From Gemmatimonadota bacterium (lineage in GTDB: Bacteria; Gemmatimonadota; Gemmatimonadetes; Gemmatimonadales; GWC2-71-9): a stretch of 64,000 nucleotides of DNA. Positions 9,813 through 20,709 of this stretch are shown here, in pieces. The position numbers were made by a program, and so were the translations under genes. The notes under the pieces are model-generated. The model saw only the letters and a program-made list of their open reading frames with translations. It was not told the origin of the DNA and did not search any database. Every line of letters starts with the position of its first letter. Position 1 is the stretch's first letter. Location of the stretch: the NCBI GenBank assembly GCA_039591655.1, contig JBDHDE010000001.1, positions 32,001 to 96,000 of the forward strand, in the 5' to 3' direction.

Positions 9813-12662
9813 CTACCGCTCCCTCTCCCACCGCAGCATTGTCTCCGCCCCGGGTCGACCCGGCACGGCCCTCGGCTCTTCCCTACCTGCACGATCCACC
9901 ACGTAGACCGAGTCCCCCTCCACCCGCGCGGCCACCCACGCACCATCGGGTGACCACACGGGGCCACCGCTAATGGGTGCGGGAAGCCGTACCCTGACCG
10001 GTACGCTGCCCGGCGCTGCATCACCCAAAGCGAGCGCGCTGCCCTCCGTCACGCATGCCAGGCGGCCGCCGTCACCGGACCACGACACGGCGAAGGGGCC
10101 TGTGCACCAGTCGATCCGCCCAAGCACCCCTCGCTCGACGCTGAGCAGCACCACTTCGGGGCCTGTCACTCCCTGGCGCACGGCCAGTAGGCGGTCCCCC
10201 CCCGGCGAGATCGAGGTGGCGTTCGCGTCGTAGGCGCCGGCGACACGCAGCGGGTCGGTGGAAGAGCCGGCCAACGATCCGGGGAAGACCGGCTCGAAGA
10301 CAGTCACGGAGTCCACACCCAGCGCCCAGGCATTGCCCGTCTCGGCGGCAAACGGTATGGCTGCCGCCGGCTCCGCGCTCGTTTCCCCACCCAGGCCGGC
10401 CAGCACGGCCCGGATGATGGCGAACGCCGCCACGGCCGCCGCCGCACTGGCAGCGGGAATCCCGTAACGCCTCCAGCCCGACCGTTGCCCTGCGCGAGCG
10501 TGCAGCCAGCTGCGGGGTGAGCGCTTCCCCTTCAACATCGGTGCGAGCCGCGCCTGCAGTTCGGAATGGGCTGCCTCCGGCATGGCGTTGAGCACCGCCT
10601 GCAGCGTCTCCCGCGCAGACTCATGTCCCGACGTCTGTGCGGCGGCCGCGGCGGCGCGGGCTGCGTTCACAGCCGCCCGGTCGATGTCTCCACCGGCAGC
10701 CGCGTGATGGGCTGCCACTGACCACTCGGCGGAGCGCCCCAACCGGGCGCTCTGCTCGGCCAACTCCATGGCCCGCTGGTGGAACCGCCGTGCCTCGGTG
10801 TGCGGTACCCGCTGCAGGGCCGCTGCGGCGAGCTCGTCGTGCAGCGCGGCCGGCATCCCGCGCTGTCGCGCGATGAGGCGACGCCGCTCCAGGGCGTTGA
10901 GCGCCGCGCGGACAGCTTCCATTTCCAATCCGGTGAGGTAGGCGAGATCCTGTACCGAGGTCTCACGCTCGCGCACCGCCAGCGCGGCGAAGACCTGGAG
11001 GGGTCTATCGCCCAAGACCTCCAAGCGCTTCTGCAGGATGGCACCGGTGGATTCGGGTACCGGCAGGGGCTGGGCCGGGTCCTGCAGGCGCTCACTGAAC
11101 CGCCAGACGCCATCCTCGACCTGGAGCTCGCCCTCGTCGTACAGGGCCTTGAGCAGCTCCAGCACGTAGAACGGCACACCCGCCGTCTGCTTGGCCACCC
11201 GCTCGGCCAGCCGGTTGCCGGACTCCCCTTCCGGCAGCGTGGCGATGGACCCGATGAAGTGCCGCACGTCGGTGCCGTCCAGCGGCGCGAGCCCGACTTC
11301 GGCCACCACACCGCCACCGGTGAGATCCCGTAGCGCGCGGCCGGTCTCGGGCACACGGGCCACGTCCCGGGCCGTCACCAGGACCAGCAGATGGGTCGAC
11401 TGCGCGCGGCGGGCGAGGCGGTGCACGAATTCGAGGGTCGCGGTGGTCGCCCGGTCCAGGTCCTCGATGATGAGGGCGAGGGGCAGCTCCCCTGCGATGG
11501 CCGCATAGGCGTCCAGCAGTGACGCCGACAGCGCCTCCCTAGGAATGGGTGCCGGCCGGGGGGTGACCGTACCGGTGAACCGGCTGGCGATCTCCGGTAT
11601 GAACGCCCCCAGCACTTCCAGGGACGACGGTGACGCGGCCCCGAGACCCGGCGCGGCCTGGGCCTCCCTCAGCATCTCGAGGAACGGCGCCAGGGGATCG
11701 GACTGCTCCACCGTGTGGCAGGCGGACTTGAGTACGAGGCAGGGGTCGTGCTGGAAGCGACGCTCCAGATCCCGGGCCAGCCGCGTCTTGCCGATGCCCG
11801 CCTCGCCGGAGATCAACACGGCTCCTCCCTCCCCGCCGACGGCGTTGCGCCAGCGGTCCACCACCGCTCGGAACTCCGCGGCCCGCCCCACCAGCTCCGG
11901 ATGCCGCGGGAAGCCCCGGGACTGCCGGCGGTCGGGCACGGCAGTGGGGGAGATGGCCCGGGCAAGAGCGGTCGCCACGACCGCGGGGATCCGTTCTCCA
12001 TGGATCTCCACTGCCACGCGGCGCACTTCCTCGGCCGCCGCTTGGGCGCGCACCTCGTCGCCCGCCAGGGCCAGCAGCTCCACCATCTTGATCCGCGGCT
12101 CGAGGTCGTAGGGATCCCGCTCGATGAGCCGAGCCGAGTACTGGGCGGCATCCGTCCAATTCCCGCCGTCCACCGCCATCGCCACCAGGCTCCTCAGGAG
12201 CTGGCGCCACTCGGCCGCCAACTGCTGGCGCATGCCCTCAGCCCATTGCTCGAACTCCCGTGCCCCCGAGAGCGCGACGTTGGAGAGGAAGTCCGTCTCG
12301 TACACCAGATACGCCTCGCTCAAGCGTCCGCCGGCGAGGTGCGTCCGAAACGTCTCCACGTCGAACGCGAGCAGGTCCTTGCGGAGTGCCAACACCTCGT
12401 CGCCGCTCAGCAGGTCGCGATCGGTGCCGTGGCGAATCTGATAGACCACCTGCCGCAGAGCCTGGCGCGCGTCGTGCGGCGAGGAACCCTCCCACAGGAG
12501 CCCGATCAGCTCCTCTCTGGTGGCACGAGCCTGAGGTCGGGAGGCCAGGTAGATGAGGACTGCGAGCTGCTTGGAGAAGCGCAGCCGCTCCTCGGCATCG
12601 GTGCCCTCTCCGAGGGTGAGGCCGGGGGTGCGGGCGAGAGTGCGGAGGTGGAATCGGGCCAT
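9813..12662 (-). CDS. SARP/BTAD-domain regulator fused to STAND-like AAA ATPase, TM helix and TolB-like repeats
   Basis: TREELIGLLW..ARQALRQ HTH, BTAD (FDVETF, EFEQW, DPYDLE), Walker A GEAGIGKT, Walker B IIEDL, WSPDG/WSGDG repeats. Confidence 0.85.
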   Translation of the reverse strand: MARFHLRTLARTPGLTLGEGTDAEERLRFSKQLAVLIYLASRPQARATREELIGLLWEGSSPHDARQALRQVVYQIRHGTDRDLLSGDEVLALRKDLLAFDVETFRTHLAGGRLSEAYLVYETDFLSNVALSGAREFEQWAEGMRQQLAAEWRQLLRSLVAMAVDGGNWTDAAQYSARLIERDPYDLEPRIKMVELLALAGDEVRAQAAAEEVRRVAVEIHGERIPAVVATALARAISPTAVPDRRQSRGFPRHPELVGRAAEFRAVVDRWRNAVGGEGGAVLISGEAGIGKTRLARDLERRFQHDPCLVLKSACHTVEQSDPLAPFLEMLREAQAAPGLGAASPSSLEVLGAFIPEIASRFTGTVTPRPAPIPREALSASLLDAYAAIAGELPLALIIEDLDRATTATLEFVHRLARRAQSTHLLVLVTARDVARVPETGRALRDLTGGGVVAEVGLAPLDGTDVRHFIGSIATLPEGESGNRLAERVAKQTAGVPFYVLELLKALYDEGELQVEDGVWRFSERLQDPAQPLPVPESTGAILQKRLEVLGDRPLQVFAALAVRERETSVQDLAYLTGLEMEAVRAALNALERRRLIARQRGMPAALHDELAAAALQRVPHTEARRFHQRAMELAEQSARLGRSAEWSVAAHHAAAGGDIDRAAVNAARAAAAAAQTSGHESARETLQAVLNAMPEAAHSELQARLAPMLKGKRSPRSWLHARAGQRSGWRRYGIPAASAAAAVAAFAIIRAVLAGLGGETSAEPAAAIPFAAETGNAWALGVDSVTVFEPVFPGSLAGSSTDPLRVAGAYDANATSISPGGDRLLAVRQGVTGPEVVLLSVERGVLGRIDWCTGPFAVSWSGDGGRLACVTEGSALALGDAAPGSVPVRVRLPAPISGGPVWSPDGAWVAARVEGDSVYVVDRAGREEPRAVPGRPGAETMLRWERER

Positions 12663-12836
12663 GGTGTTATCGGAAAGGTGTGACGTCCGGCAGCGGGGTC
12701 AAGTGACGGCCGACACCACGTCAGCAAGGCGTTATTGCGCAACGAGATCACGCCCCTCTCACGAGCTTTTCGTAGCAAGAGACAGGCCCAAAGAGTGGCG
12801 AGTCTTGTGGAGAAGCCGAGGGCGAGAGGCACACCC

Positions 12837-13070
12837 GTGAGGCGTCCGCGTTGGCGGATGGTCGCCGGCGGGGTGTGCCTGACCCTGGTGGGCGCGGCTG
12901 CCGGGTGTGCCACCGGTGGCCAGTCCGGCCCGTGGGAGCGCCGCGCCCAGCTCGACTGCCCTAACGGCACGGTTGCGGTCACCGACACCGTGATCGTGAC
13001 GGGTGTCGACGGGAACCGGGCGCTCCTGGAGCGCCGCCAGTTCGAGTGTGCCCGGCCAGCACGCCCCTGA
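12837..13070 (+). CDS. Small hypothetical lipoprotein
   Basis: GAGAGG upstream of GTG 12837; basic N-terminus, hydrophobic stretch and AAGC lipobox. Confidence 0.5.
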   Translation: MRRPRWRMVAGGVCLTLVGAAAGCATGGQSGPWERRAQLDCPNGTVAVTDTVIVTGVDGNRALLERRQFECARPARP

Positions 13071-13140
13071 TGGGCGAGGATCGGCTGGAGCACCCGGAGG
13101 CAGCAGCTCCCCGCGATAAGCAACCCCCTCCGGCTGTGAG

Positions 13141-13183
13141 AAAACGGCGGCGGGCCCCGCTTGGGGGCCCGCCGCCGTCTCTT
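13141..13183. terminator. Intrinsic terminator, probably bidirectional, downstream of rpmA
   Basis: Perfect 15-bp stem ACGGCGGCGGGCCCC/GGGGCCCGCCGCCGT (13144-13178) with 5-nt loop, flanked by AAA and CTCTT between convergent genes. Confidence 0.85.
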
Positions 13184-13202
13184 GCTCGCTTCCGGGCGCC
13201 TA

Positions 13203-13469
13203 CTACGCCACGGCCTCCAGCGGATAGACGCTCACCTGCTGGCGCTTCTTGCTCTTGTGCTCGAACCTGACGACGCCGTCGACCAGGGCGAAGAGCGTGT
13301 CGTCGCTCGCCCGCCGCACGTTCGTGCCCGGGTGGAACTTGGTACCGCGCTGCCGCACCAGGATGTTGCCCGCCCGCACCACCTGGCCCCCGTAGCGCTT
13401 CACACCCAGGAACTTGGGTTGTGAGTCGCGGCCGTTGCGGCTGGAGCCGACACCCTTCTTGTGAGCCAT
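13203..13469 (-). CDS. rpmA: 50S ribosomal protein L27
   Basis: [16 protein letters not shown] and [15 protein letters not shown]. Confidence 0.98.
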   Translation of the reverse strand: MAHKKGVGSSRNGRDSQPKFLGVKRYGGQVVRAGNILVRQRGTKFHPGTNVRRASDDTLFALVDGVVRFEHKSKKRQQVSVYPLEAVA

Positions 13470-13473
13470 ATCG

Positions 13474-13791
13474 CTACCCGAGCTTCAGATCGGTGATCTT
13501 GATTTCCGTGAACTGCTGTCGGTGACCGGTCTTGCGGCGGTAGTTCTTGCGCCGCTTGAACCGGAAGACGAAGATCTTGTCTCCCCGACCGTGACGGACG
13601 ATCTGGCCCACCACCTTGGCACCCTTCAGTGTGGGCTGGCCGGCCGTCACCTTCTTGCCGTCACTCGAGAGCAAGACCTCGCCGAATGTCACCTTGGCAC
13701 CGGGCTCTCCCTCCAACTTGGGAACCCGCATCGTGGCACCCTTCTCGGCGCGAAACTGCTGCCCGGCGGCCTTGAAGATCGCGTATGACAT
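13474..13791 (-). CDS. rplU: 50S ribosomal protein L21
   Basis: [12 protein letters not shown] and [17 protein letters not shown]; adjacent to rpmA. Confidence 0.98.
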   Translation of the reverse strand: MSYAIFKAAGQQFRAEKGATMRVPKLEGEPGAKVTFGEVLLSSDGKKVTAGQPTLKGAKVVGQIVRHGRGDKIFVFRFKRRKNYRRKTGHRQQFTEIKITDLKLG

Positions 13792-13799
13792 AGGCGGTA

Positions 13800-13828
13800 A
13801 GCCTACCTAGGACAGGGGGTTGGGTCAA
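13800..13828 (-). promoter_or_regulatory. sigma70-type promoter of rplU-rpmA, near-leaderless
   Basis: TTGACC-17 bp-TAGGCT; 8 nt to ATG and no SD. Confidence 0.7.
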
Positions 13829-13890
13829 GTAGCACCGCCGGATGGCTTGGCTTTCTGCAGTTCGCGGCGGTGAGGCCCACCCCCGAGCGA

Positions 13891-15420
13891 CTAGGCCACC
13901 GCGTACCGCTCTGTCACGTCCCGCCCTGCCGGCTGCGCAACCAGCCGGAACTCATCGATCCGGGTGATGGGATCATCGCGCAGCTCCAGGGCGATACCCG
14001 TCTCCCGTGACAGCACGTCGAAGAACTCCGGTTCCTGCTCTACGAGATAGAGCGCCACCTCAGGGTGCAACCGCACCGTGATCCGCTGCTGGCCGCCATC
14101 GGCTGCGGCTCGTGCCAGGGAGCGCTCCAGTCGCCGGGCCACCACTTCGGGCCGGAAGACCTTCCCTATGCCGCCGCAGGAGGGACAGTTGGAGGCCATC
14201 GTATCCCAGAGGGACGGGCGCACCCGCTGCCGCGTCATCTCGATGAGCCCCAGCTGGGAGACCTGGAAGGCCCTTGTCCGGGCCCGGTCCCGCCCCAAGT
14301 GGGTGCGCAGCTCATGCAGCACCTTGTCGCGATTTGCCTGTGACTCCATGTCGATGAAATCGATAACGATGATGCCTCCGAGGTCCCGCAGCCGCACCTG
14401 GCGCGCGATCTCACGCGCCGCCTCGAGGTTGGTGCGTAGGATCGTCTTCTCGGGGTCCTGCTTCCCGGTGTAGCGACCCGTGTTCACGTCGATGGAGACC
14501 AGCGCCTCGGTCGGCTCGATGATGAGGTAGCCCCCGGTGGGCAACTCCACCCGGTTGTGGAACAGATCGCGGATCTCGGTCTCGAGGTCGTACTTGTCGA
14601 ACAGCGTAGCGGACTGCTTGTGCAGCGTGACCCGTTTAATGAGCTCCGGCTCGACGTTTCTCAGATACCGCCGAATCTCCTCGTGGACCTCCTTTGAGTC
14701 CACGATTACCCGATCCACTTTGTCGCTCAGCAGGTCGCGGACGATGCCGCTGGTGAGCGACGTTTCCCGGTGAACGAGCGCGGGGACCCGCAGGCGCATG
14801 AAGTGCGCCTTGCGCTTGATCTTCTTCCAAAGGCTGCCGAGGGACTTGAGTTCGCGCTTGACCTGCCCCTCGGTGAGGTCCTCCGCCACCGTGCGGACGA
14901 TGATGCCGCCGATGTCCTTGGGCGTCAGCCGTCCCAGCATCTCTCGCAGCCGAGCCCGCTCCTCGCGGCTCTCGATCTTGCGGCTCACACCTATCCTCGA
15001 TGCGAACGGCATGTAGACCAGGAACCGTCCGGCAAGGGAGATCTGCCGGCTCACGCGGGGGCCCTTGGTGCCGATGGGCTCCTTGGTCACCTGCACCAGG
15101 ATCGACTGTCCCCTGGTGACGTGGTCCTGAATGTTCGGAAGACCGCGGTTGTTGCGTGCGGAGCGCGCGTCATCCTCCTCCGCGTCCTCATCCGGTTCGA
15201 CGAGGTCGGAGGCATGAAGGAAAGCGCTTTTTTCGAGGCCGATGTCGACGAAGGCCGCTTGCATTCCCGGCAAGACCGCGTCGACCTTGCCGAGGTAGAT
15301 GTTACCTACGGAGCGGCGAATCTCCGGGCGATCATGAAGGAGCTCGACGAGACGGTCGTCCTCCAGAATGGCCACACGCGTCTCGCGCGGGCCAGCGTTG
15401 ATGAGAATCTCGCGTTTCAA
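13891..15420 (-). CDS. Rne/Rng family ribonuclease (RNase G-sized)
   Basis: GNIYLGKV..VLPGMQAAFVDIG S1 domain, VQVTKEPIGTKGP, IDVNTG, LRDLGGIIVIDFIDM; likely TTG start at 15420. Confidence 0.95.
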   Translation of the reverse strand: MKREILINAGPRETRVAILEDDRLVELLHDRPEIRRSVGNIYLGKVDAVLPGMQAAFVDIGLEKSAFLHASDLVEPDEDAEEDDARSARNNRGLPNIQDHVTRGQSILVQVTKEPIGTKGPRVSRQISLAGRFLVYMPFASRIGVSRKIESREERARLREMLGRLTPKDIGGIIVRTVAEDLTEGQVKRELKSLGSLWKKIKRKAHFMRLRVPALVHRETSLTSGIVRDLLSDKVDRVIVDSKEVHEEIRRYLRNVEPELIKRVTLHKQSATLFDKYDLETEIRDLFHNRVELPTGGYLIIEPTEALVSIDVNTGRYTGKQDPEKTILRTNLEAAREIARQVRLRDLGGIIVIDFIDMESQANRDKVLHELRTHLGRDRARTRAFQVSQLGLIEMTRQRVRPSLWDTMASNCPSCGGIGKVFRPEVVARRLERSLARAAADGGQQRITVRLHPEVALYLVEQEPEFFDVLSRETGIALELRDDPITRIDEFRLVAQPAGRDVTERYAVA

Positions 15421-15658
15421 CTTCCCCTGCCCTGGCTCTCGCAACCGGTCGCGGGCCGGAAGAGCTTTCCCCCGCGGCCGTCGCGCCGAGCCTGTGTTCG
15501 TGAAGCAGCGGCGGCACGCCCCCAACGCGGGCGCGCACCGTCGCACTGCCGGTAGTTACCATTGGCGGGCCCCCGAGTGCCGGCGCAGACGTCCCACGCC
15601 TCCCGGCAGCCGGATGCCCATATGGCACGGTCATGCTCGCTTCAAGCATGGTGCCGTA

Positions 15659-15687
15659 AGGATAGACACTATAGGGAGTTAGGTCAA
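15659..15687 (-). promoter_or_regulatory. sigma70-type promoter about 240 nt upstream of rne/rng
   Basis: TTGACC (15687-15682), 17 bp spacer, TATCCT (15664-15659). Confidence 0.65.
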
Positions 15688-15751
15688 TGGGGCCGCGCCC
15701 CCCCTGGCCTACGCATCGTGCGCTGTGTTTCGTTGGTCTTCGGAGGAGAGC

Positions 15752-16291
15752 GTGGAGTCCTTACCCAACGACGGCAGGCTCGCCGATGGCGGCGCCCCGG
15801 CTACCCCGGAGGATCTGCTTCGCCGGCTCCGGGAGCTGGGCATCGAGCCTCAGACCATTGAGCATCCCCCCGTCTTCACGGTGGAGGAGGCCAAGGCCGT
15901 TCGGGGACACATCCCCGGGGCCCACACCAAGAACCTCTTCCTGCGGGACAAGAAGGGCCGGCGCATGTGGTTGGTGACCTGCCTTGCCGACCGCGAGGTG
16001 GATCTGCGGGCGCTTGCGGGGCGCCTGGGCTGCTCCACCCGCCTCTCCTTCGGGAGCGCGCAGCGCTTGATGAAGTACCTGGGCGTCGTTCCGGGCGCGG
16101 TCAGCCCGTTCGCCGTGGTGAACGACAAGGAGCGTGTGGTGCGGGTCGTCGTGGACCGGCGCATGCTGGAGCACGACCCCATCAACTTCCACCCACTGGA
16201 CAACGCCAAGACGACGTCGATCCGGGCGGGAGATTTCCTCAAGTTCCTCGAGGCCGAGGGCCATCCGCCCCAACTGGTCGATTTGGGCTGA
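15752..16291 (+). CDS. YbaK/ProX (PrdX) prolyl-tRNA editing protein
   Basis: HPPVFTVEEA, HTKNLFLRDKK, PGAVSPF, NFHPLDN; GGAGGAG before GTG 15752. Confidence 0.9.
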   Translation: MESLPNDGRLADGGAPATPEDLLRRLRELGIEPQTIEHPPVFTVEEAKAVRGHIPGAHTKNLFLRDKKGRRMWLVTCLADREVDLRALAGRLGCSTRLSFGSAQRLMKYLGVVPGAVSPFAVVNDKERVVRVVVDRRMLEHDPINFHPLDNAKTTSIRAGDFLKFLEAEGHPPQLVDLG

Positions 16292-16372
16292 TTCCGGGGG
16301 TCACGCGACGCGGCCCCGGAAGTCTCGCGCTCCCGAGGCCGCTCACCGTGCGGACGGCGGGACCTGGCCCGC

Positions 16373-17605
16373 TCAACCCGTCACATCGATCAAATCCCCC
16401 AGCAGCTCCCGGGCAATCACGATACGCAGGATCTCGCTGGTCCCCTCCCCGATCTCCCCCACTTTGGCGTCCCGGATCATCCGCTCCACGGGGTAATCCG
16501 TCGTGTACCCATAGCCGCCGTGAAGTTGCACGGCTTTGGTGGTTGCCCGCGTGGCGAGCTCCGATGCGAAGAGCTTCGCCATGGCTGCTTCCTTCTTGTA
16601 AGGTCTTCCGTTCTGCCTCAGCCACGCCGCGTGGTACACCAAGTGCCGGGCCGCCGCGATCTCCGTGGCCATGTCGGCCAGCTGGAAATGCACACCTTGG
16701 AACGATGCAACGGCGCGACCGAACTGCTTGCGCTCCGTCGTGTACTTGAGAGACTCGTCCAATGCCCCCTGCGCGAGGCCGAGGGAGAGCGCCCCGACGC
16801 CGATCCGCCCGTCGTCCAGTGTCTTCAGGAAGTTGACGAAGCCCTTGCCCCGCTTGCCCAGCATGTTCTCCTTCGGCACAACGGCGTTTTCCAGCATCAG
16901 CTCCCGGGTATCCGAGGCCCGCCAGCCTAGCTTGTCCTCCTTCTTGCCCGCCGTCACGCCGGGTGTCTTGGGCAGGTCCGGCTCGTGCCCGACCCCCACC
17001 TCCTGGCACCGCTCCAGGTCCACCGTGTCCTTCGTGACGATGAACGAGGTGATCCCGGCGTTGCGCTTCGCGGGATTGGGATCGGTCCGGGCGGTGAGGG
17101 AGAAGATCTCCCCGACGCCGGCGTGCGTGATGAGGATCTTAGAGCCGTTGATCACCCAGTGATCGCTCTTCTCTACGGCGCTGGTCTTCGTGCCGCCGGC
17201 ATCCGAACCGGCCTCCGGCTCCGTGAGCCCGAAGCCCCCCAACACCTGGCCGGTAGCCAGGAGCGGCACGTAGCGCTTCTTCTGCTCGTCGTTCCCGAAG
17301 TAGACGATGGGCGAGGTGCCCAGGGTGGTATGCGCCGAGACTGTGATGGCGTGGCTGGTGTCCACGCGCGCGAGCTCCTCGACTACGATGATGTAGGAGA
17401 GGTAATCCATCCCCGCGCCACCCAGCTCCTCCGACCACGGCGCCCCCATGAAGCCCAGCTCCCCCATCTGCTTCACTGTCTCCCAGGGGAACTTCGCCTC
17501 CAGGTCGTGCTCCCGTGCTATCGGGCCGATCTCCCGCTCGGCAAACTCCTTGGCGATTTCGCGGACACGATGATGATCGGCGGTGAGAAAGGGGCTCTCG
17601 CTCAT
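16373..17605 (-). CDS. Acyl-CoA dehydrogenase
   Basis: [38 protein letters not shown] and IGEGTSEI. Confidence 0.95.
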   Translation of the reverse strand: MSESPFLTADHHRVREIAKEFAEREIGPIAREHDLEAKFPWETVKQMGELGFMGAPWSEELGGAGMDYLSYIIVVEELARVDTSHAITVSAHTTLGTSPIVYFGNDEQKKRYVPLLATGQVLGGFGLTEPEAGSDAGGTKTSAVEKSDHWVINGSKILITHAGVGEIFSLTARTDPNPAKRNAGITSFIVTKDTVDLERCQEVGVGHEPDLPKTPGVTAGKKEDKLGWRASDTRELMLENAVVPKENMLGKRGKGFVNFLKTLDDGRIGVGALSLGLAQGALDESLKYTTERKQFGRAVASFQGVHFQLADMATEIAAARHLVYHAAWLRQNGRPYKKEAAMAKLFASELATRATTKAVQLHGGYGYTTDYPVERMIRDAKVGEIGEGTSEILRIVIARELLGDLIDVTG

Positions 17606-18187
17606 CTAATCCCAGCCTTTGGGCGGTGACAGGATCGTCTTCCAGATCACCGCCTGCCGTGCGGTCTTGGGGGTGAGGCGCCGTAAGCTCGCCCGCGGCG
17701 TCTCCCGCTCCGTGGGTTCTTGGGGCGCGTCCACGTAGCGCTTATGGAACAGGTCGTGGTCCCTGCCGCCGTCCGCCTCCAGCGACTCCAGGGATTGCGC
17801 CTCGATGTCGACCTGCCGGGGCGACTGGGCCTCTGCGGCCCACGGCGGCGCGGCCTCCAGCTGGGTCTCTACGGCGGGCTCCGGAAGTTGCGCGCCCAGG
17901 AGCTCGAGGATGTCCCGGGTCAATCCCTCTCGGGTGGGGAGTGGCTGTGGCTCTGCAGGCCGCCGCTCGGGTGGCGCTCCCCGGGACGGCGCTCCGATGG
18001 CGCCTGGCTCGGTCCGCGGCGGATCCCATTCCCGGCGCTCGCGAGTCGGTCTGGTCTCAGGTCGGGGGCGGGGCCGCGGCGGCCTGCCTGCCTGCGCCCC
18101 CGTGCCCGCCCTCTTCTTCCTCCCGCCCGCAAGGAGGGTGAAGAACACGACCGCAAGGAAGATCAGCAGCTCGATGAAGTCTCCCAC
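17606..18187 (-). CDS. Hypothetical membrane-anchored protein, YqfB-like position after floA
   Basis: N-terminal TM, disordered middle, C-terminal ARQAVIWKTILSPPKG; lies directly after floA. Confidence 0.7.
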   Translation of the reverse strand: MGDFIELLIFLAVVFFTLLAGGRKKRAGTGAQAGRPPRPRPRPETRPTRERREWDPPRTEPGAIGAPSRGAPPERRPAEPQPLPTREGLTRDILELLGAQLPEPAVETQLEAAPPWAAEAQSPRQVDIEAQSLESLEADGGRDHDLFHKRYVDAPQEPTERETPRASLRRLTPKTARQAVIWKTILSPPKGWD

Positions 18188-18196
18188 AATGCTTCC

Positions 18197-19189
18197 TCAG
18201 CTCGCCTGCGGCCCTTCGCCCTTCGCGATGCTGCTCCGCATCTCCGTGTCGCTCTCGATGTTGCGGTAGCGCACGAAGTCCATGACGCCGAGATTGCCGC
18301 TGCGGAACGCCTCGGCGATGGCCAGGGGCACCTGGGCCTCGGCCTCCACGACCCGGGCTCGCATCTCCTGGGTCCTAGCGATCATCTCCTGCTCCGAAGC
18401 CACGGCCATCGCGCGCCGCTCCTCGGCCTTGGCCTGCGCAATCCGCTTGTCCGCCTCGGCCTGGTCGGTCTGGAGCTCGGCTCCGATGTTCTTGCCGACG
18501 TCCACGTCGGCGATGTCGATGGAGAGGATCTCGAAGGCGGTGCCGCTGTCGAGTCCCTTGGCCAGCACCGTCTTCGAGATGTCGTCCGGATTCTCCAGCA
18601 CCGCCTTGTGCGAGGTCGCGGAGCCGATGGTCGACACGATGCCCTCACCCACGCGGGCCAGGATCGTCTCCTCGCCGGCTCCCCCCACCAACCGGTTGAT
18701 GTTCGCGCGCACCGTCACCCGCGAAATGGCGATTAGCTGAATGCCGTCCTTGGCCATGGCCGCGACCTTGGGCGTCGCGATCACCTTGGGGTTCACGGAG
18801 ACCTGCACCGCCTCGTGCACGTCCCGGCCCGCCAGGTCGATGGCTGCCGCCTTTTGGAACGAGAGCTCGATCCCGGCCTTGTCTGCGGAGATCAGGGCGC
18901 GGACCACCCGATCGACGCTGCCGCCGGCCAAGTAGTGCGCCTCGAGCTCGTTGATGTGGAGCGTGAGCCCGGCCTTGGTGGCGGCGATCAGGGGACGCAC
19001 CACGGCAGGCGGGCTCACCTTGCGCAGCCGCATCCCGACGAGGGTGCCGAGCGCGATCCGCACGCCCGAGAACCAGGCCTCGATCCACAGCCGGACCGGA
19101 ACGAAGTTGAACAGCAGTCCCACGAAGATCGCGCCGACGACCAGCAGGACGACGATGAACCACGTTCCCATCTGCGCCAGATCGTTCAT
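18197..19189 (-). CDS. floA: Flotillin-like protein FloA (YqfA/SPFH)
   Basis: [58 protein letters not shown] before ATG 19189. Confidence 0.95.
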   Translation of the reverse strand: MNDLAQMGTWFIVVLLVVGAIFVGLLFNFVPVRLWIEAWFSGVRIALGTLVGMRLRKVSPPAVVRPLIAATKAGLTLHINELEAHYLAGGSVDRVVRALISADKAGIELSFQKAAAIDLAGRDVHEAVQVSVNPKVIATPKVAAMAKDGIQLIAISRVTVRANINRLVGGAGEETILARVGEGIVSTIGSATSHKAVLENPDDISKTVLAKGLDSGTAFEILSIDIADVDVGKNIGAELQTDQAEADKRIAQAKAEERRAMAVASEQEMIARTQEMRARVVEAEAQVPLAIAEAFRSGNLGVMDFVRYRNIESDTEMRSSIAKGEGPQAS

Positions 19190-19211
19190 CGAGTACTCCT
19201 TAGCTTCGTAG

Positions 19212-20546
19212 TTATGCGCTCGGCCCCTCGTCGACGGGCTCGACGACGTGCCGGTAGCTCTCCGAGCTGATGATGCGGACGCGCTTCCCCTGGGCGATGA
19301 AACCCACGTCGGACACGACGTCAAGACGCTCGTCTCCGACCTTGATCGTTCCCGACGGCCTGAGGTCCGTGATGGCGACCCCTTCCAGGCCCACCAGATC
19401 GTCCCGCGTGGCGCCCGCGATGTACCCGTGCGCCCGATCGGTGGACGCCCGCAGGAAGATCCCCCGGGCGCGGCGGGCGGCGGGCAGCTTGCGTACGAGG
19501 ACGTAGACCGCCGCCACGATGATGAGGGCCGCGGCGAAGAGGATCCCGCTGGCGCGGGCCACGTCGGCCCACGTCGGGAGATTGCCGATCAACGCGAGGA
19601 AAACGGCCGAGCCGATACACAGCAGCGCGACGACGCCCGCGATCCCGAATCCAGGTACCACGAAGACCTCGATCCCCAAAGCCACCAGCCCCACGCCCAG
19701 GAGGATGACCTCCTCCAGGCCGGCGAGGCCGATGAGCAGATGGCTGCCGAAGAAGGCGGCGAGCGACAGCAGCCCCACCGCACCGGCCATGCCGAACGAC
19801 GGCGTCTTGATCTCGATGATCAGGCCGAGCGTTCCGATGGAGAGCAGCAGGGGCGCCACGAAGGGATGAGACAGGAACCGCACGAGGGCCTCAGCCCAGT
19901 TGATTCCCACGGTGACTACCTCTGCTCCCCCCAGATCGTGGAGCGCCAGCAGCGCGTCGAGATCCTCGACCTCACCGGCGGCCACGTCAAGCGCCACCGC
20001 CTCCTGGACCGTCAGGGTGAGGAGCTTCCCCTCCTCGATTACGCCCTCGATGGCGATCTCCTCGTCCACCATCGACTCCGCGATCCGGGGATCCAGCCCG
20101 CGTCGCTCGGCGAGAGCCCGCATCTCGCTCCGCATCGCGCTCACGATCTTCTCGGGAGCCTTCTGCCCCGACCCGGTGACGGGCGTGGCGGCGCCGATGG
20201 AGGAGGCGGGAACCATATAGATGGAGTCGGTGGCGAGTGCGATGATGGCGCCGGCACTCCACGCGTGCGTGTTGACCAGCGCGTGGATCGGGACCTCGCT
20301 CGCGGCAACCGCCTTGACGATCTGCTGCGCCGCGTCGATGCGGCCCCCCGGCGTATCGATGTCGAGGATCACGGCGGCAGCGCCGGCCTGTTGCGCCTCG
20401 GCTATGCCCCTTGCGATGTACGGTGCCAAACCGAGCTCGATGGTGCCCGTAACGGGTATGCGATAGACGAGCTGCTCCTGAGCCAGCCCGGCCGTTGGCT
20501 GCGCCACGAGCCAGGCGGCAACCAGCGTCATGCGCCAACGGGACAC
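19212..20546 (-). CDS. NfeD family membrane-bound serine protease (YqeZ-like)
   Basis: [22 protein letters not shown] block, C-terminal OB domain (TDLRPSG). Confidence 0.92.
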   Translation of the reverse strand: MSRWRMTLVAAWLVAQPTAGLAQEQLVYRIPVTGTIELGLAPYIARGIAEAQQAGAAAVILDIDTPGGRIDAAQQIVKAVAASEVPIHALVNTHAWSAGAIIALATDSIYMVPASSIGAATPVTGSGQKAPEKIVSAMRSEMRALAERRGLDPRIAESMVDEEIAIEGVIEEGKLLTLTVQEAVALDVAAGEVEDLDALLALHDLGGAEVVTVGINWAEALVRFLSHPFVAPLLLSIGTLGLIIEIKTPSFGMAGAVGLLSLAAFFGSHLLIGLAGLEEVILLGVGLVALGIEVFVVPGFGIAGVVALLCIGSAVFLALIGNLPTWADVARASGILFAAALIIVAAVYVLVRKLPAARRARGIFLRASTDRAHGYIAGATRDDLVGLEGVAITDLRPSGTIKVGDERLDVVSDVGFIAQGKRVRIISSESYRHVVEPVDEGPSA

Positions 20547-20709
20547 GGCATCCCCCGCGTAGAGGTGATACTGGAAGTTAGGGGCCTGGTTGACGGCGGG
20601 GAAGTTGCGGCGCGCCGTGGCCGACCTCTCGTGAGCCCTGCGCCACGCTGCGTGCGCTATGCGACATTCAGGTCATCGATGGAGGCCGAATCGCAGGGAT
20701 GTCTTGCGG

